A DNA stretch of 64,000 nt, from the NCBI GenBank assembly GCA_030428385.1, contig JAUIDY010000017.1, positions 48 through 64,047 on the forward strand, read 5' to 3'. Shown in pieces: positions 46,242 through 54,415 of the stretch. The stretch is from Rhodothermia bacterium (GTDB taxonomy: Bacteria > Bacteroidota > Rhodothermia > Rhodothermales > JAAAOL01). Each line of letters begins with the position of its first letter. Within the stretch, counting starts at the first letter, position 1. The notes under the pieces were generated by a model. The model saw only the letters and a list, made by a program, of their open reading frames with translations. It did no database searches and had not been told where the DNA came from. The position numbers and the translations under genes are program-made.

Positions 46242-46263
46242 TCAATTGAAACGTTTCAATTGA
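46242..46263. promoter_or_regulatory. Perfect 22-bp palindrome TCAATTGAAAC|GTTTCAATTGA with a LacI/GalR-type operator core (TGAAACGTTTCA)
   Basis: Lies 16-37 nt upstream of the start codon at 46226 (minus strand). Central CG and a TGxAAxCGxTTxCA-like symmetry. Confidence 0.55.
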
Positions 46264-46472
46264 CTGATAATATGAATTTTTCTCAACCCTTGCTCGCAAT
46301 TGAAGGTTTAATAGCATATCCCTTTTGGGAAAGCGTAGTACATCGTCCCTGTCATCCCAAACCGAGTCCTGTGCGCAAGATCTTGGAAAGCACCCTCGCC
46401 CCATTTGTTGAGATGACATGCAATGAAGCGTAACGTGGGTTGGTGTATTTTAGCAGCATGACGGCTTGCGTG

Positions 46473-47228
46473 CTATAAACCCTCCCGTGTCCGCATCCCA
46501 ATAAACCCCATCATCCGCCCGGTGATACCATTCTCGGCGCGGTGAGAAAAGAAAGTGCCCGTATCTCCATACGTACACTCTGGGGCTACTTCGAGGTGAG
46601 CCTCATCCAGCCCGGCTGCTACCAGTTGGGCGACAAGTGCCGCCTTCAGGTCCACATGGGGTTTGGGCCAGCCGGGGCGCTGTACCACAAAGGCCGCGTC
46701 GAACTGGGCGGCGACTTCAGGGCCGACTTCAAAATTTTCGGCGGAAATACACGGGCTAATGTAGGCCCGCATCCGAGCGGGCACGGCCCCGCGTTCCTGC
46801 ATCCAGGCCACCGTTTTTGGCGTGATCTGCGCGACCGCGCCGCGCCACCCCGCATGGCACGCCCCAATAACACCCGCCTCCGCGTCGGCGAGCAGGATGT
46901 TGGCGCAATCAGCGGCGGTGGTGCAAAGCAGCAGCCCGCGCGCGCGTGTCACCATGCCGTCGTAGCCGCGATAGACGCCGGGCGCGGTAGCGTCCAGCAG
47001 ATCATTGCCGTGTACCTGTCCCGTGAAGGCGATTTGATCCACCGAAAACCCAATGGCTTCCTCAAACAGCTGCCTCCGGTTGGTGTGGACATGCGCGGGG
47101 TTGTCATCCTGGCTCAGGCTGAGGTTAAGGCTGGCATACGGCGCTTTGCTCACCCCACCAAGGCGGGTGCTAAACCCGGCCACCACACCGGGCTGTTCGT
47201 CGAAAACGGTGGGGGAGAGATACATCAT
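46473..47228 (-). CDS. pgeF: Peptidoglycan editing factor PgeF (YfiH/DUF152, laccase-domain protein)
   Basis: QVHGNDLL, TADCANILLAD and GACHAGWRG motifs. Confidence 0.85.
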   Translation of the reverse strand: MMYLSPTVFDEQPGVVAGFSTRLGGVSKAPYASLNLSLSQDDNPAHVHTNRRQLFEEAIGFSVDQIAFTGQVHGNDLLDATAPGVYRGYDGMVTRARGLLLCTTAADCANILLADAEAGVIGACHAGWRGAVAQITPKTVAWMQERGAVPARMRAYISPCISAENFEVGPEVAAQFDAAFVVQRPGWPKPHVDLKAALVAQLVAAGLDEAHLEVAPECTYGDTGTFFSHRAENGITGRMMGFIGMRTREGL

Positions 47229-47243
47229 GGTGCGGTTCTCACT

Positions 47244-48335
47244 TCAAGGCATCGCAGAACGATACGCGGCCTTCAGCAGGCATTGAAAATGGTAGACGCC
47301 GGCCTCCTCTTGCACCGAGAACCGTCCCCGGTCGTAGGCGCGTGAGGTGAGGCCCTCCTGCACATGCTCGCAGATCTCGATGTCTTCCTGCTGCACCTTA
47401 TCGCTAAACGCAAGGTCTTCGGCGAGGCGCTGCTCGTCCGAGAGGTCGTCATAGTAATAGTCGAAATGCACGCGGCAGCGGTCGGCAGTGACGGGCTCGA
47501 CGATGTTGGTCTGGAGTCGCCCTGGCAGGATGTTGAGCATAATGTTGGGGAAGACGAAGTAATAATACGCTGCCTCGTTATCGCCACCGTAGTAGCCGTC
47601 GCCGGTGCCCCGGAAACCGCTGTGCTGGAGCGAGTGCCACCGAAACGTTTCGGTGGTGTAGCCACGCACGTCGAGCCGCTCGCACAGTTCGGGATGCACC
47701 AGCGGCAGGTGGTACCCTTCGAGGTAGTTATCCACGTACGCCTTCCAATTGCACGCCACGTCGTATGTCACCCGGCGGTAAAACCGGAGCGCCTCCAGCC
47801 GCCACGGCGCGATGCGCGCGGCAATGCCGTCCACCAGTTCATCCAGCGTCGGCTCCTCGGCGTCATCGAGGCGCACAAACACCAGCCCTTGCCACGTCGC
47901 CACGCGCAGCGGCACGAGGCCATAGTCGCGTTTGTCGAACAGTTCGGTGTATTTAAAGCGCGGCACGCCCCGCAGGCTGCCGTCGAGGCGATACGTCCAG
48001 CCGTGATACTGGCATTGCAACATGTTGACGTGCCCGCACGGGGCCGTCACCATCGGCCCGCCCCGGTGGCGGCACACGTTGTAGAACGCCCGCAGGTCGC
48101 CCGTTTTGTCGCGCACCACCACGACGGGGTTGCCTGCCACCTTCGCCGTCACATAATCGCCCGTCTTGGCAAGCTGCCCGACGTGCCCGACGAGTTGCCA
48201 CATCCGCCCGAACACGGCCTCTTGATCAAAGGCGTGATAGTCCGCATCGACATACCACCGCGACGGGATGGTTTCGGCACGCGGCAGCGGCGCAATGAGC
48301 AGGGCGTCATCGGTGAGAGTAACAGGTGGGGTCAT
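47244..48335 (-). CDS. Rieske [2Fe-2S] non-heme-iron oxygenase, alpha-subunit type (choline-monooxygenase-like family)
   Basis: Rieske CRHRGGPM...CQYHGWTY. Mononuclear-iron motif DNYLEGYHLPLVHPEL. No reductase or ferredoxin gene nearby. Confidence 0.85.
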   Translation of the reverse strand: MTPPVTLTDDALLIAPLPRAETIPSRWYVDADYHAFDQEAVFGRMWQLVGHVGQLAKTGDYVTAKVAGNPVVVVRDKTGDLRAFYNVCRHRGGPMVTAPCGHVNMLQCQYHGWTYRLDGSLRGVPRFKYTELFDKRDYGLVPLRVATWQGLVFVRLDDAEEPTLDELVDGIAARIAPWRLEALRFYRRVTYDVACNWKAYVDNYLEGYHLPLVHPELCERLDVRGYTTETFRWHSLQHSGFRGTGDGYYGGDNEAAYYYFVFPNIMLNILPGRLQTNIVEPVTADRCRVHFDYYYDDLSDEQRLAEDLAFSDKVQQEDIEICEHVQEGLTSRAYDRGRFSVQEEAGVYHFQCLLKAAYRSAMP

Positions 48336-48356
48336 GCGTTGATGAAGGATAAAACA

Positions 48357-49049
48357 TCAGTCGATATGAAGGTCATCGACAAGCCGCGCCTGGGGCATAA
48401 TCTCATGAATCGGAAGGCCGAGTTCATGCGCGATGATAAGCTGCACCCGTTCCCATACGGCATGACGCGACCACGTCGCAGGCGCGGCACCCAACACCTG
48501 ATGGTTTTCCACCAGAACCTGCTGGGCCAACGCACCCACGGTGAGGCCCGGCTCGAAGTAGACCAGCCATGGCTTGGAGAATACATAGATCAAATACGTG
48601 GTGCCCCATACGGCGGCTAAACCCAACAGGGCATCCGTGAGTGGGATCAGGTCATTGCATCCGCTCAAGATCAATGCCACGGTTCCAATCCAAAAGATCC
48701 ATGTCATCACCACACGCACCGTTTCGGGACGACTTGGCGGTGGAAAATCGAGACGGACGGAGGTTCGGAGGTGCTTCCAGTGCGCCTTGTGGTTGACAGG
48801 TGGGATGAGTTGATCCAGTGTGGTCTTCGGCGTGATGGCGTGGCGAGGAACGTTGCCCTGTTCCATGAGGGCACGACGCAGCCGGTAAAAAACATGTGCC
48901 GTGAGGCAAGCGGGCCACACCTTGCCGTTCACCTTTTGCATGATGAGCTGATGCAAATCGGTCACGGTGTAAAGCCCCGTGACATCTTCAGGTGTGATGG
49001 AAATGCCAAAGGTTTCCTCAACGCGATGGATTAGATCTTCCGCTTCCAT
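48357..49049 (-). CDS. Membrane protein with split ACP-like termini (apparent circularly permuted acyl carrier protein fold, no Ser)
   Basis: First ATG at 49049; the longest ORF starts at a TTG at 49061. The N-terminus MEAEDLIHRVEETFGISITPEDVTGLYTVTDLHQLI resembles ACP helices II-IV. Two TM helices (VVMTWIFWIGTVALILSGC, LLGLAAVWGTTYLIYVF). The C-terminus VWERVQLIIAHELGLPIHEIMPQARLVDDLHID resembles ACP helix I up to the residue before the Ser. Confidence 0.5.
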   Translation of the reverse strand: MEAEDLIHRVEETFGISITPEDVTGLYTVTDLHQLIMQKVNGKVWPACLTAHVFYRLRRALMEQGNVPRHAITPKTTLDQLIPPVNHKAHWKHLRTSVRLDFPPPSRPETVRVVMTWIFWIGTVALILSGCNDLIPLTDALLGLAAVWGTTYLIYVFSKPWLVYFEPGLTVGALAQQVLVENHQVLGAAPATWSRHAVWERVQLIIAHELGLPIHEIMPQARLVDDLHID

Positions 49050-49127
49050 GTCTTTAAACAACGATCTGGATTACGTGAAGCGAAAAAGTACACGCTCCAG
49101 TTCAAACAGACAACGCAAAAATACACG

Positions 49128-49934
49128 TTATCGATGCACTACCAACAGCCCCACCGTCAGGAGATCCACGGCGTGAACAACGCCCTGCTGCCGACGAAGC
49201 CGGTGCCACGCCCGCCGCATGCCAAACGACCATGCGATGTCGTCGAATACCAACACGGCGGTGTCAGCCAAATGAGGGCGCAGTTGCTCGGCATACCGCA
49301 GCGTGGCCTCGGGGTTGTGGTGCCCATCGATGAAGGCAAAATCGATGGCCGACCGCGACGCGAGCACATCGGGCAAGGTGTCATAAAAACGCCCCGTCAC
49401 GATTTCTACACGGGCGAGGCCGAGGTCGGCCAGATGACGTCGGGCGCGATCTGCCAGCGCCGCGCCGCCTTCGAGCGACACGAGGTGTCCGGCTCGGTTC
49501 TCCGCCAGCGCCGCCGCCTGATACGCCGCCGAAATGCCCAGGCACGTCCCCAGTTCGAGGCACTGTGTCGGCTGAAACCGCCGGATTAAATGATACAGCA
49601 GCACCGCTTCGTGCCGGGGCGCGCTGCCCCTGTTCACCGACGCCAGCGTCCGCGTGACCTGCTGTGCAGCGGTCGCTGCCTGCATCCGCCCCTGCGCTCC
49701 AAAATCGGTAAACGCCACTGCCTCTTTCGATTGCCCCAAGCCTTCGCGCAGGACTTCAATTCGTTCGCTCCATGCAGCCAATGGAGGCTCTGCCGGAAAC
49801 GCTATCATATCGGCTAGCGCCGCCGCCAGTTTCTGTGCCCCCTCGTCCTCGTCATGCCGCAGCCGCTGCGACGCCCACCGCGCCTGCCTTCGAAACACAA
49901 GGCGGTGAAAAAAAAGGGCCAGCGTGTGCAGCAT
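49128..49934 (-). CDS. Class I SAM-dependent methyltransferase (O-methyltransferase family 3 / Methyltransf_24-like)
   Basis: CLELGTCLGISAAY (SAM motif I), FAFIDGHHNPEATL and VLVFDDIAW. Confidence 0.8.
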   Translation of the reverse strand: MLHTLALFFHRLVFRRQARWASQRLRHDEDEGAQKLAAALADMIAFPAEPPLAAWSERIEVLREGLGQSKEAVAFTDFGAQGRMQAATAAQQVTRTLASVNRGSAPRHEAVLLYHLIRRFQPTQCLELGTCLGISAAYQAAALAENRAGHLVSLEGGAALADRARRHLADLGLARVEIVTGRFYDTLPDVLASRSAIDFAFIDGHHNPEATLRYAEQLRPHLADTAVLVFDDIAWSFGMRRAWHRLRRQQGVVHAVDLLTVGLLVVHR

Positions 49935-50043
49935 AAATCGGGAATCGGTCGAGGTACAAATCGCGGCGATGAAAATACAAATTTATTGCCTTGGCGGTCT
50001 GTCTGGTGCTGCTGTCGATCAAAGCGCGATGGGGTTCCGGACA

Positions 50044-50072
50044 AGGGTCGCCACAGGGGGCGACCCCTACGG
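50044..50072 (+). repeat. 29-nt GC hairpin element AGGGTCGCCACAGGGGGCGACCCCTACGG, copy 1
   Basis: Stem GGGTCGCC / GGCGACCC. 28 of 29 nt identical to 52538-52566, same orientation. Confidence 0.85.
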
Positions 50073-50158
50073 ATGGTGGATGGGTACCGTTTTCGCAATC
50101 CTAAAACCCCTATTGTAACCTTTCTAAACGCCCGTGCGTTTTGCTCCTCGAATCGACG

Positions 50159-50749
50159 ATGCACGACGATGAACAACACCCAACACCCCGGCTTGTGAGC
50201 TTTTCCCTGGACCCTGCACAGCGCCGCTTCGAGCGGCTGGTGCATCAATACCAGCACCGTATCTACGGCTTTGCGCTGTATTTCCTGGGCCGCCAGATGC
50301 AGGCGGAGGACGTCACCCAGGAAGTGCTGCTGAAGCTGTGGGAACGGCTTGACCAGGTGGACGAGGAACGGCTCTTGGGGTGGTTGTTACGGGTGACGCG
50401 TAATGCGTGCGTGGACAAGGTGCGCAAGAACAAGTCGTACCGCAAGGTGGTGGCGCAAGCCCCGGAAGACGGCCTGAACGACGCCCTCGGCGACGACCCG
50501 ACGCCCGAAGCCGAAGCCGAAGCCGCCGACTTTCAGCAGCACCTGACCCGTGCGCTGACACGGCTCGCCGAGCCATACCGCAGCATCGTCATCCTTCGCG
50601 AAGTCCAAGACATGAAATACGAAGAGATCAGCGGGGCGATGGACCTGCCGCTCAACACGGTGAAGGTGTACCTCCACCGCGCCCGCAAGATGCTTCGCTC
50701 TGCTTTACACGCTGAACTACACGGAGAACTAGACCGTGAACTCGCTTGA
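50159..50749 (+). CDS. RNA polymerase sigma-70 factor, ECF subfamily
   Basis: Region 2 YGFALYFLGRQMQAEDVTQEVLLKLWE...WLLRVTRNACVDKVRK. Region 4 YRSIVILREVQDMKYEEISGAMDLPLNTVKVYLHRARKML. ATG at 50159. Confidence 0.88.
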   Translation: MHDDEQHPTPRLVSFSLDPAQRRFERLVHQYQHRIYGFALYFLGRQMQAEDVTQEVLLKLWERLDQVDEERLLGWLLRVTRNACVDKVRKNKSYRKVVAQAPEDGLNDALGDDPTPEAEAEAADFQQHLTRALTRLAEPYRSIVILREVQDMKYEEISGAMDLPLNTVKVYLHRARKMLRSALHAELHGELDRELA

Positions 50750-50750
50750 C

Positions 50751-51308
50751 ATGAATACCCCGGCGTGGCCGAACAACAACGACTGGATGGACGACCGGCT
50801 GGAGGCGTACCTCGACGACGCCCTGCCTGCCGACGAACGCCGCGTCTTTGAACAACGGCTACAGGAAGAAGACGAATGGAGCAACGAGCTGGCGCTGGCG
50901 CGTCAGATCCAAGACGGGCTGCATACCTTGCCGTTCCCCTCGTGTCCCCCAGCGGTGACCCAGGCGGTGTTGGCCGAGGTACAGCACCGACGCCGGATGT
51001 CGTTTATGACCCGCGTGCGGGCTTGGCTCGATGCCCAGTTCCACAGTTTCTGGCAGCCTGCGCTCGCCATGAGTGTGCTCGTGCTGGTGGTGGGCTCCGC
51101 CGTGCTCTTTGGCCGTCCGCCCCAACAATCCAACAGCGCCGAGGTCGAGCAGGCGCTGGCCGAGGTACGCTGGACCCTGGCCCTCCTTACCGAGATGGGC
51201 CGCGAAACCGGCACCGCCGTGCGCAGCGATGTCATCGAAAAGCGCATTGTTACGCCCATGCAAGACGCGCTCGGGTTTGCCCCGCCGCGTGACACCGATA
51301 CCGACTAA
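50751..51308 (+). CDS. Putative anti-sigma factor (single-pass membrane protein)
   Basis: The ATG lies 2 nt after the sigma stop. N-terminal LEAYLDDALPADERRVFEQRLQEEDEW anti-sigma-like helix and one TM segment (PALAMSVLVLVVGSAVLF). Confidence 0.7.
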   Translation: MNTPAWPNNNDWMDDRLEAYLDDALPADERRVFEQRLQEEDEWSNELALARQIQDGLHTLPFPSCPPAVTQAVLAEVQHRRRMSFMTRVRAWLDAQFHSFWQPALAMSVLVLVVGSAVLFGRPPQQSNSAEVEQALAEVRWTLALLTEMGRETGTAVRSDVIEKRIVTPMQDALGFAPPRDTDTD

Positions 51309-51332
51309 AACCCTTTTAAGAGGCATAGACCG

Positions 51333-51884
51333 ATGATGAAACAACTCCTTTGCTGCCTGCTGCTGGCACTCGGCCTGACGGGTGCCGCCCACGCGCAACA
51401 AGACAACCTGAGCCGTGATCCGGGCTACGTGGATCTGCAAGCGATTGATGGCTGGTTTCCCCGCGAAGCCAAAATCGAAGTCAATATCAAGGGCGCCTTG
51501 CTCGAACTCGTCGCCGAGGCGTCGCGCTATGAAGATCCCGAACTGGCCAACCTGCTGCGCAAGCTCAAGGCCATCCAGGTACGCGGCTATGAGGTGTCAC
51601 TAAACGACTTTCGCTCCGTAGAGGACCGGATGAGCACCCTCGCCCGCAGCCTCGAAAGCCAGGGATGGGATACCGTGGTCAAGGTCCGCGAAGACGATGA
51701 GCGGGTCAATATGTACACCCGCATTCAAAACGGGGTCATTGCCGGGATGATGGTGATGGTGCTTTCTGAAGACGACGAGAGCTACTTTGTCAATATTGTC
51801 GGCGAAATAAGCCCCGAACAGATTGGCCGCATCGGAAACCGGTTTGACATCGACCCGCTCCGTGGCACCGTGGACGGCTATTAA
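51333..51884 (+). CDS. DUF4252 domain protein
   Basis: Signal peptide. IEVNIKGALLELVAE...LRKLKAIQVRGYEV...VIAGMMVMVLSEDDESYFVNIVGEISPEQIGRIG pattern. ECF-operon context is typical for this family. Confidence 0.72.
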   Translation: MMKQLLCCLLLALGLTGAAHAQQDNLSRDPGYVDLQAIDGWFPREAKIEVNIKGALLELVAEASRYEDPELANLLRKLKAIQVRGYEVSLNDFRSVEDRMSTLARSLESQGWDTVVKVREDDERVNMYTRIQNGVIAGMMVMVLSEDDESYFVNIVGEISPEQIGRIGNRFDIDPLRGTVDGY

Positions 51885-51959
51885 TCGCCACCTGCCCCCT
51901 TTGACTTGTGACTTTCACCCACCCCCGCTTCGGCGCGGGCTGTTAAAACCCTTTGCGTG

Positions 51960-52511
51960 ATGCAACGTCTGCTTGCCCTCTGCCTCCTGGTAACCCTCGT
52001 GCTGCCCCTGTCGGGCTGCTTCTACTCCCGCGAAATCGCCAACACCCGCCGCGACATTGAGCGCCAGACCGGCGCTGAACTCGACCGCGAAATCGTCGTC
52101 AGCCTCGGCCCCGCCTCGCTCCGCACGGTCGGCTGGATTGCCGGGCTGGTGCCTGAAGAAGAGGCCCAGATGGCCCGCTCGTACCTCCGCGACATCCGCC
52201 GCGTGAAAGTGGGCGTGTATCAGGTGGAGTCGATGCCGCATTCGCTCGAAGCTGTCGAACTGCCCAAAGCCGCAAAACTAGAACGCCAGGGCTGGGACCT
52301 GCTCGCCAAGGTGTTCGAAGACGATGAAATGGTGTACGTGTACTACCGCGAGCGCAAAAACACCATCCGCGACCTGTACGTCATGGTCCTTTCGGATGAT
52401 GAACTGGTCATCGCCAAGGTGCGCGGCAACCTGAGCAACCTCGTCGCCCGCGCCATGCACGACCACGTCGACTGGACCGACTGGGACGACTTTGTCGAGG
52501 TTGATTTTTAG
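51960..52511 (+). CDS. DUF4252-like lipoprotein (second copy)
   Basis: ATG at 51960. Lipobox LPLSGC|F. IRRVKVGVYQVES...IRDLYVMVLSDDELVIAKVRGNLSNLV parallels the upstream paralogue. Confidence 0.6.
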   Translation: MQRLLALCLLVTLVLPLSGCFYSREIANTRRDIERQTGAELDREIVVSLGPASLRTVGWIAGLVPEEEAQMARSYLRDIRRVKVGVYQVESMPHSLEAVELPKAAKLERQGWDLLAKVFEDDEMVYVYYRERKNTIRDLYVMVLSDDELVIAKVRGNLSNLVARAMHDHVDWTDWDDFVEVDF

Positions 52512-52537
52512 ATTGACCCTGATGGTATTTCCCACCC

Positions 52538-52566
52538 AGGGTCGCCACGGGGGGCGACCCCTACGG
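52538..52566 (+). repeat. 29-nt GC hairpin element AGGGTCGCCACGGGGGGCGACCCCTACGG, copy 2
   Basis: 27 nt after the stop of the last ECF-operon gene. May also serve as a terminator stem. Confidence 0.85.
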
Positions 52567-52609
52567 GATCAGAAATCAACCGTTTCCCTCTTCCCTCGAA
52601 CCCCATCCC

Positions 52610-53686
52610 TCACACGTACCGATCCAACTGGTGCGCATGTAGGTAATCCACCACGTTCTTGACACCCTGCGTTCGCTCCCGTTGGCAGACCAGCAACGCG
52701 TCATCGGTGTCTACCACGATGGCATCGTGAATCCCGATGAGCACCACAAGGCGTTCGTCCGTCTGAACGTAGCACCGGCTGGAATCATGCACGATGACGT
52801 TGCCTTTCAGAGCATTGCCGTGGTCGTCTTTGGGGCTAAGTTGATAGACGGTGCGCCAGTCGCCCACGTCGCTCCACCCGAAGGAACCCGGCACCACGTA
52901 CACCTTCTTGGCCCGCTCCATCACGCCATAATCGATGGAGATGCGCGGGCTGTCCTGAAACGCCCGGTAGACTGCGGCCCCTTCCTTTTCCGTGCCGAGC
53001 ACATCACAGACCGGCATAAACGCCTTGTGGGCGTCCGGGAGATGTTTTTCCATCTCCCCCAGAATGGAATCGGCCTGCCAGATAAACATACCGCTGTTCC
53101 AAAGGAAGTCGCCCGAATCGAGGAAGCGCTCGGCGGTGGCAATGTCGGGCTTTTCGGCGAAGGTGCGCACCGGAAACGCCTGTGTCACGTCGGGATCGAT
53201 GGGGGCATCACCGTCATACTGGATATAGCCGTAGCCCGTTGACGGATGCGTGGGCGTGATGCCGATGGTGACCAATGACCCCGGCTCCTGGGCTTTTTCC
53301 GCCGCGACACGCACGACCTCATGAAAACGTTGCACGTTTTCGATGAGGTGGTCCGCCGGAAGCACCAGCATCGTCGCCTCGGGGTCGAGCGCTTGTAGCT
53401 TTACGGCCGCGTAGGCGATACATGGGGCCGTGTTGCGGCTGATGGGCTCGGCCAGGATGTTTTCGGGCGGCACCGCAGGCAGTTGATGCTGCGTCTGATC
53501 GATGTAGCGTTCATGGGTGACTACAAAGCAGCGCTCGGGGGGGATCAGCCCTTGCAGCCGCGCCACGGTATTCTGGATGAGTGTCGCCTCCCCAAAAACG
53601 TTGATAAATTGCTTCGGGCGGGCCTTGCGGCTTTCGGGCCAGAACCGGCTGCCGATGCCTCCCGCCATGATAACAGCATAGAGCAT
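52610..53686 (-). CDS. Mannose-1-phosphate guanylyltransferase (GDP-mannose pyrophosphorylase, no PMI domain)
   Basis: MLYAVIMAGGIGSRFWPESRKARPKQF nucleotidyltransferase N-terminus, VLPADH and FAEKPD. Confidence 0.88.
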   Translation of the reverse strand: MLYAVIMAGGIGSRFWPESRKARPKQFINVFGEATLIQNTVARLQGLIPPERCFVVTHERYIDQTQHQLPAVPPENILAEPISRNTAPCIAYAAVKLQALDPEATMLVLPADHLIENVQRFHEVVRVAAEKAQEPGSLVTIGITPTHPSTGYGYIQYDGDAPIDPDVTQAFPVRTFAEKPDIATAERFLDSGDFLWNSGMFIWQADSILGEMEKHLPDAHKAFMPVCDVLGTEKEGAAVYRAFQDSPRISIDYGVMERAKKVYVVPGSFGWSDVGDWRTVYQLSPKDDHGNALKGNVIVHDSSRCYVQTDERLVVLIGIHDAIVVDTDDALLVCQRERTQGVKNVVDYLHAHQLDRYV

Positions 53687-53800
53687 ATAAACAAGACGTT
53701 ATCGTCAAAAAGAAAGTGCGCCCAAGGTACAGGTTGACAAGGAAGAAGTCTCGTGACCGGGCCTAAAAATCGTGATCGGTCGGCGTCCCATCGTGCACGT

Positions 53801-54301
53801 TCAAGGCACCGTGTTTAGTCCAAGCGCCTCACTTACCGCCGCCACCAGCACGTCGGGAGGCTGCGTCACATCCAGGCGGAGCGCTTCCTTGCCGGGCGGC
53901 TCCAGCGCGTCGAACTGGCTTTGCAGCATCGCGGCTTTCATGTAGTGCCCCGCCCGGGCCTTCATCCGGTTGTAGATGGTATCGAAGTCGCCGTGGAGAT
54001 ACACAAAGTGCACGTCAGGATGGTCGATGAGGAGCCGCTCACGATAGGCTTCTTTCAGCGCCGAGCAAGCCACCACGCCCGAAGAATCGTTTTCCAGCAT
54101 CTGCTCGATGGCAACGCGCAGGGCGGTGAGCCACGGGGCCCGGTCGTCGTCGTTGAGCGGCTCGCCACGGGCCATCTTGGCCACGTTTTCAGGCGGGTGG
54201 TAGGCATCACCTTCGTGGTATTCCCAGTCCATCAAAGCCGCCAGCGCTTCGCCTACCGTTGACTTCCCACACCCCGAAACCCCCATGACTACAATTACCA
54301 T
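53801..54301 (-). CDS. gntK: Gluconokinase (GntK/IdnK family)
   Basis: Collinear with E. coli GntK as recalled: VMGVSGCGKSTVG (P-loop), EGDAYHPPENVAKMARGEPLNDDDRAPWL, ACSALKEAYRE, FVYLHGDFDTIYNRMKARAGHY. Confidence 0.9.
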   Translation of the reverse strand: MVIVVMGVSGCGKSTVGEALAALMDWEYHEGDAYHPPENVAKMARGEPLNDDDRAPWLTALRVAIEQMLENDSSGVVACSALKEAYRERLLIDHPDVHFVYLHGDFDTIYNRMKARAGHYMKAAMLQSQFDALEPPGKEALRLDVTQPPDVLVAAVSEALGLNTVP

Positions 54302-54415
54302 ACTCCAATTTACGCTTTAAAACCGTGTCCTCTCGAATCGTGTCTGCTCCCTTCATTCATCGAGATGACCAAAACTGATGAGGGGAGCGATACCCTCTGC
54401 AGATTTCCCTTGTGC

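Noticed and set aside
47364-48620. 418-aa plus-strand ORF spanning the Rieske oxygenase and ACP-like genes.
   Set aside because: It is antisense to two well-supported genes, has low-complexity R/V/H-rich composition and no recognisable domain.
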